Shown one piece after another: positions 60,390-64,000 of a DNA stretch of 64,000 bases. Under the pieces are notes generated by a model. That model saw only the letters and a program-made list of their open reading frames with translations, was not told the origin of the DNA and made no database searches. Origin of the DNA: Prorocentrum cordatum (taxonomy: Eukaryota); assembly GCA_963575745.1 (NCBI GenBank), contig CAUYUJ010000217.1, positions 1 to 64,000 of the forward strand, written 5' to 3'. The translations under genes were made by a program, and so were the position numbers. The first letter of the stretch is position 1; the number at the start of each line of letters is the position of its first letter.

Positions 60390-62559
60390 TGAGGGCCTCT
60401 TGGGCCGTCTTGGAGACCTCTTGGGGGCCTTTTGGGTCGTCTTGGGCCATCTTAGAGCCATCTTGGGCCATCTTGACGGCCTCCTGGCCCGTCTGACGCT
60501 GTCGGAAGCTGTCTTTGGGGCTTCGCTGGGCCGACTTAGGGCCCTCTTGGGGTGCTCCAGGGCCGTCTTGGAGGCCATCTTGGGTGCCTTGAGGCCTCTA
60601 TGGCCGTCTTTGGGTCCTCTTGGAGCCGTCTTGGGGGGCCGTTCTGGGGCCATCTTGGAGGCCTCTTGGGCGATCTTGGGTGGGAGCTCTTTGGCCGTCT
60701 CGGGACGTCGGAAGGCCGGAAAGAAGCAAAAGGCAAAATCCTTCAAAAACCAAAGAAGCATCAAGGACTTTGGCCTCTTCGGGCCCTCCTGGAGACCCTC
60801 TTGGAGGCCTCTGGAGCCGTCTTGAGGCCATTTTCTGGCCGTCTTGGATGCATCTTGAGGCCATCTTGGGCTCTCTTGGCGCCATCTTGGCCGTCTTGGA
60901 GGCAGATTGGAGGCCACCTTGGGCCTTGGGCGAGAGAGGCGCTGACATCTACATTCTCGGGGTGGCCGGCGCGCTGGGCCGAAGCCCCAGGGGGAGTTCC
61001 AACAGAACAAATAACCTTCTGAACTCTGACACGCCAGGCACCCCTGTGGCAAGCCAACAGGGAGCGGCGGATCGAAGACGCCTACGGCGAATCACCGCCG
61101 CCCCCTGCCCTGTGAAATCGCCCATGTGGCCGAGCTGTGTGGCCGGGCGATCTCTGGGGGCTCTTGGGCCGTCTCCTGCCGTCGGAAGGCCGACAAGAAG
61201 CAAAGGGCACAATCCGTCAAAAACCAAACTCTGATCAAGGAGTTTGGCCTCTTCTGGCCTTCCTGGAGACCCTCTTGGGGCCTCTTGGGCCGTCTTGGAG
61301 ACCTCTTGGGGGCCTCTTGGGCCTTCTGGGGCCATCTTAGAGCCATCTGCGGCCGTCTTGCTGGCCTCCTGGCCCGTCTGACGCCGTCGGAAGCTGTCTT
61401 GGGGGCCTCTCTGGGCCAGCTTGGGGCCCCCTTGGGGTGCTCCAGGGCCGTCTTGGAGACCATCTTGGGCGTCTCGGAGGCCTCTTGGGCCGTCGTGCGG
61501 CCCTCTTGGGACCGTCTTGGGGACCTCTTGGGCCGTTCTGGAGCCCTCTTGGAGGCCTCTGGGGCGATCTTTGGGCGATCTTTGGGGGCTCTTGGGTCGT
61601 CTCGGGACGTCGGGAGGCCGAAAAGAAGCAAATGTCAGTATCTTTCAAAAACAGAATGAAAATCACGGATGTGGGCCTCTTCGGGCCCTTCGGGCCTTTC
61701 TAGCGGATCTCTGGGAGGTCTCGTGGGCCGTCTTGGAGGCCTGTTGGGGGCGTTTTGGAAAGTCTTGGGCCATTCTGGAGCCAGTTTGGGCAGTCTCGGT
61801 GGCTTCGTCGGCGGACTTGGAGGTATCTTGGACCCTCTTGGACCCTCTTGGAGGCCACCTTGGGCAATCTTGGGCGAACTTGGAGGCCATCTTGGCCGTC
61901 TTGGAGGCCATTGAGGCCGTCTTGGAGACGTTGGTTGCGCAGCGGCGCGGCCTTCCCGGTGGCCGGCGGGACGGGCCGAAGCCCCAGGGGGGGACCTCTT
62001 GGGAAAAGAACCCAAACCAAACCGTAGAGGGTTCAGCACGCCAGGCACCCGTGTGACAAGCACACAGGGGCGGTGGATCGAATGGCCTTCGGTCCATCCC
62101 GCCACAGTGCATGGGTTGTGGGTCAGAGTTCTCAGCGATGCTTCTTCGCGTCCCTGGAGCGCTCTTGGTGGCCTCTTGGGGGACGTTTGCAGGCCTCCTG
62201 AGAGCCTCTTGGGGCCTCGTGGGGGCTCCTGGAGGTTTTCTCGGGGCCGAGAACTCGAAATGTTCGTTTGGGTTCCCCATCTGGGCCCCCTCTTGGGACC
62301 GTATTTGGGCACTCTTGGGCCGTCTTGGGCGCCTCTTGGGCCGTCTTGGGGCCTTCTTGGGGGCCTCGTAGGCCGTCTTGGAGCGTGGGGAAACCGAACG
62401 GCGCGAATGCTGGAATCCTTCACTAATCTGAGGGACTGAATTCTGTCTGCCTCTTGGGGACCGGCGCCTGGGAAACCGGGATCCGGGCTGCAGGAGCCTT
62501 GGGGCACTCCACTACGTGCTGAGGACACGGTGGCGGATAAGGAAAATGGTTTGAGGATG

Positions 62560-62628
<69 letters not shown>

Positions 62629-63490
62629 GTTGTGGTAGTGGTGGTGGCGACAACGACGACGATAATGATGTCGAGGAGGAGGAGGAGGAGGAGGAGGAGG
62701 AGGAGGAGGAGGAGGAGGAGGAGGAGGGGCGCGAAAAGCAAGGCCGTCACATGTGACACATTTCGCCTTCACTATTTGAGGAGCTCTCATGGAACTCGTT
62801 TGGGCCGTCTTGGGGCTGGCTTGGCCTCCTGTGAGGCAGACTTGGGGGTCCCTTGGGGCCTTCTTGGGACCCTCTTACGCCATCTTGAACCTCTCGTGAG
62901 CTGCCTTCGGGCCGTCGTGGGGTCGTCGGAAGGCCTTCTAAGGCCTTCTTGGGTCCCACGGGAGGCCGTCATGGGGCCGTCTTGGATGCTTCTTGGGCCT
63001 TTGGGCCATCTTGGGACCCTCTTGCTGGCCTCTTGGGCCGACTTGGGGCCATCGTGGAGGCTTCTTGGGCCATCTTGAGTTCACGGAAGCCCAAAAGGGC
63101 GAGAATGCGAACATCTGTCAAAAACCTAGAGAGAATCCGCGATGTTGATCTTTGTCGACCCTGTTGCAGTTTCTCTTGTTGCTCTTTCGGGCCCTCTTGG
63201 AGGCTTCTTAGGTCGTCTTGAGGCAAGATTGGGCCGCCTTGGGGCCATCTTGAGCCGTCTTCTAGGCATCTTGGGCCGCCTGAGTGTCTTTGATTGCTTG
63301 CGTGGGCCGTCTTGGAAGCTCGGGACGCGGATCCATAGTTTTCAACGAGGGATCGTGGCCTCGGGGGCGCGGACCCGATGTTCTTGTTTGTGAAAGATCG
63401 TGGCCTCAGGAGGGGGGGCGCACGGAAACTTCACCAGACAACGCTTGGCACTCTTCCGCGCCTCTGCGTTCGCAAGGCACGGTGGCGGAT
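60390..63490. repeat. Cluster of CTCTTGGGCC-family repeats with (GAT)n/(GAG)n tracts
   Basis: Same family as 2912-3890; recurring terminus GCACGGTGGCGGATA. Confidence 0.8.
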
Positions 63491-63628
63491 ATACACACAG
63501 GTATGTGCGTATATAAATGTATATATATATATATATATATATCCCCACATTTCAATGTTTAAGCAAGAAGAATAGAGGAGGGACGCCGAACCGCAACGTT
63601 CGGCTCAAGCGAAAACCCACGCCTTTCC

Positions 63629-64000
63629 ATGGAACTCCTGGAACAAGGACTCTTCGAGATAATCCGAGGGGTGGGAATAGGCGCAGCTGTGCGCGCGGCA
63701 GGGCACGGGTGCCCAGACTGCGCCTGCCAGTGCCCGGCCTGCAGCTGCGCCTTCAGCTGCCCTGCGTGCCCCACCGTGCACTGCGGGCCGCACTACTCGT
63801 ACGGGTGGGTCGTGCTGCCCCTGTGCGCGGCCGTGGGCTTCGCACTCGCCCAGCTGCCCGACGCCTGGCAGGTAGGCCGCTCGGGGAGCTCGCCGAGTTG
63901 CCGTGCTGGGGCCGCATCGAGTGCGTGTGCGGCGATCAGGTCGCCCGAGGACGCCGCCCAGGGGCTGGATCTACAGCGCGAGGCTCAGGAACAGCTGCGG
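63629..64000 (+). CDS. Open frame running off the window: Cys-rich (CPDCACQCPACSC) segment followed by a hydrophobic segment
   Basis: My translation shows no stop from ATG 63629 to the window end; TTCGGCTCAAG (SL-tail-like) ends ~20 nt upstream. Confidence 0.45.
   Translation, partial: MELLEQGLFEIIRGVGIGAAVRAAGHGCPDCACQCPACSCAFSCPACPTVHCGPHYSYGWVVLPLCAAVGFALAQLPDAWQVGRSGSSPSCRAGAASSACAAIRSPEDAAQGLDLQREAQEQLR

Overview
GC-rich eukaryotic genomic DNA that looks dinoflagellate. The evidence is relic DinoSL spliced-leader sequences upstream of host genes, candidate GA-AG and GC-AG introns, and dense microsatellites and MITEs; the species is not determined. The dominant feature is a ~24.3 kb DNA transposon (5277-29593) with perfect 28-bp terminal inverted repeats and a TA target-site duplication. 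It encodes a pogo-type DD35D transposase that appears to be fused to an OTU-like protease module. It also carries about six co-oriented cargo genes: a ParB-like/SET-like protein, two EEP-fold proteins (one degenerate) and unknowns. The element has two private sequence codes. One is a near-palindromic CCCTCTGTGACAGAGGG site, arrayed at both ends and as a mirror-symmetric cluster at the element midpoint. The other is a strand-polarised, co-varying hairpin (CGC-AGCA-GCG core), with more than 50 copies written through its genes. This copy is decaying, with frameshifts, one internal stop and mosaic duplications. Outside it lie three host genes preceded by SL relics (a fatty-acid desaturase, a tandem-unit 'RRL' membrane protein and a fucosyltransferase-like gene interrupted by a TE-derived intron), several MITE families with readable TSDs, and satellites. 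All domain calls come from motif recognition by eye, not from database searches.
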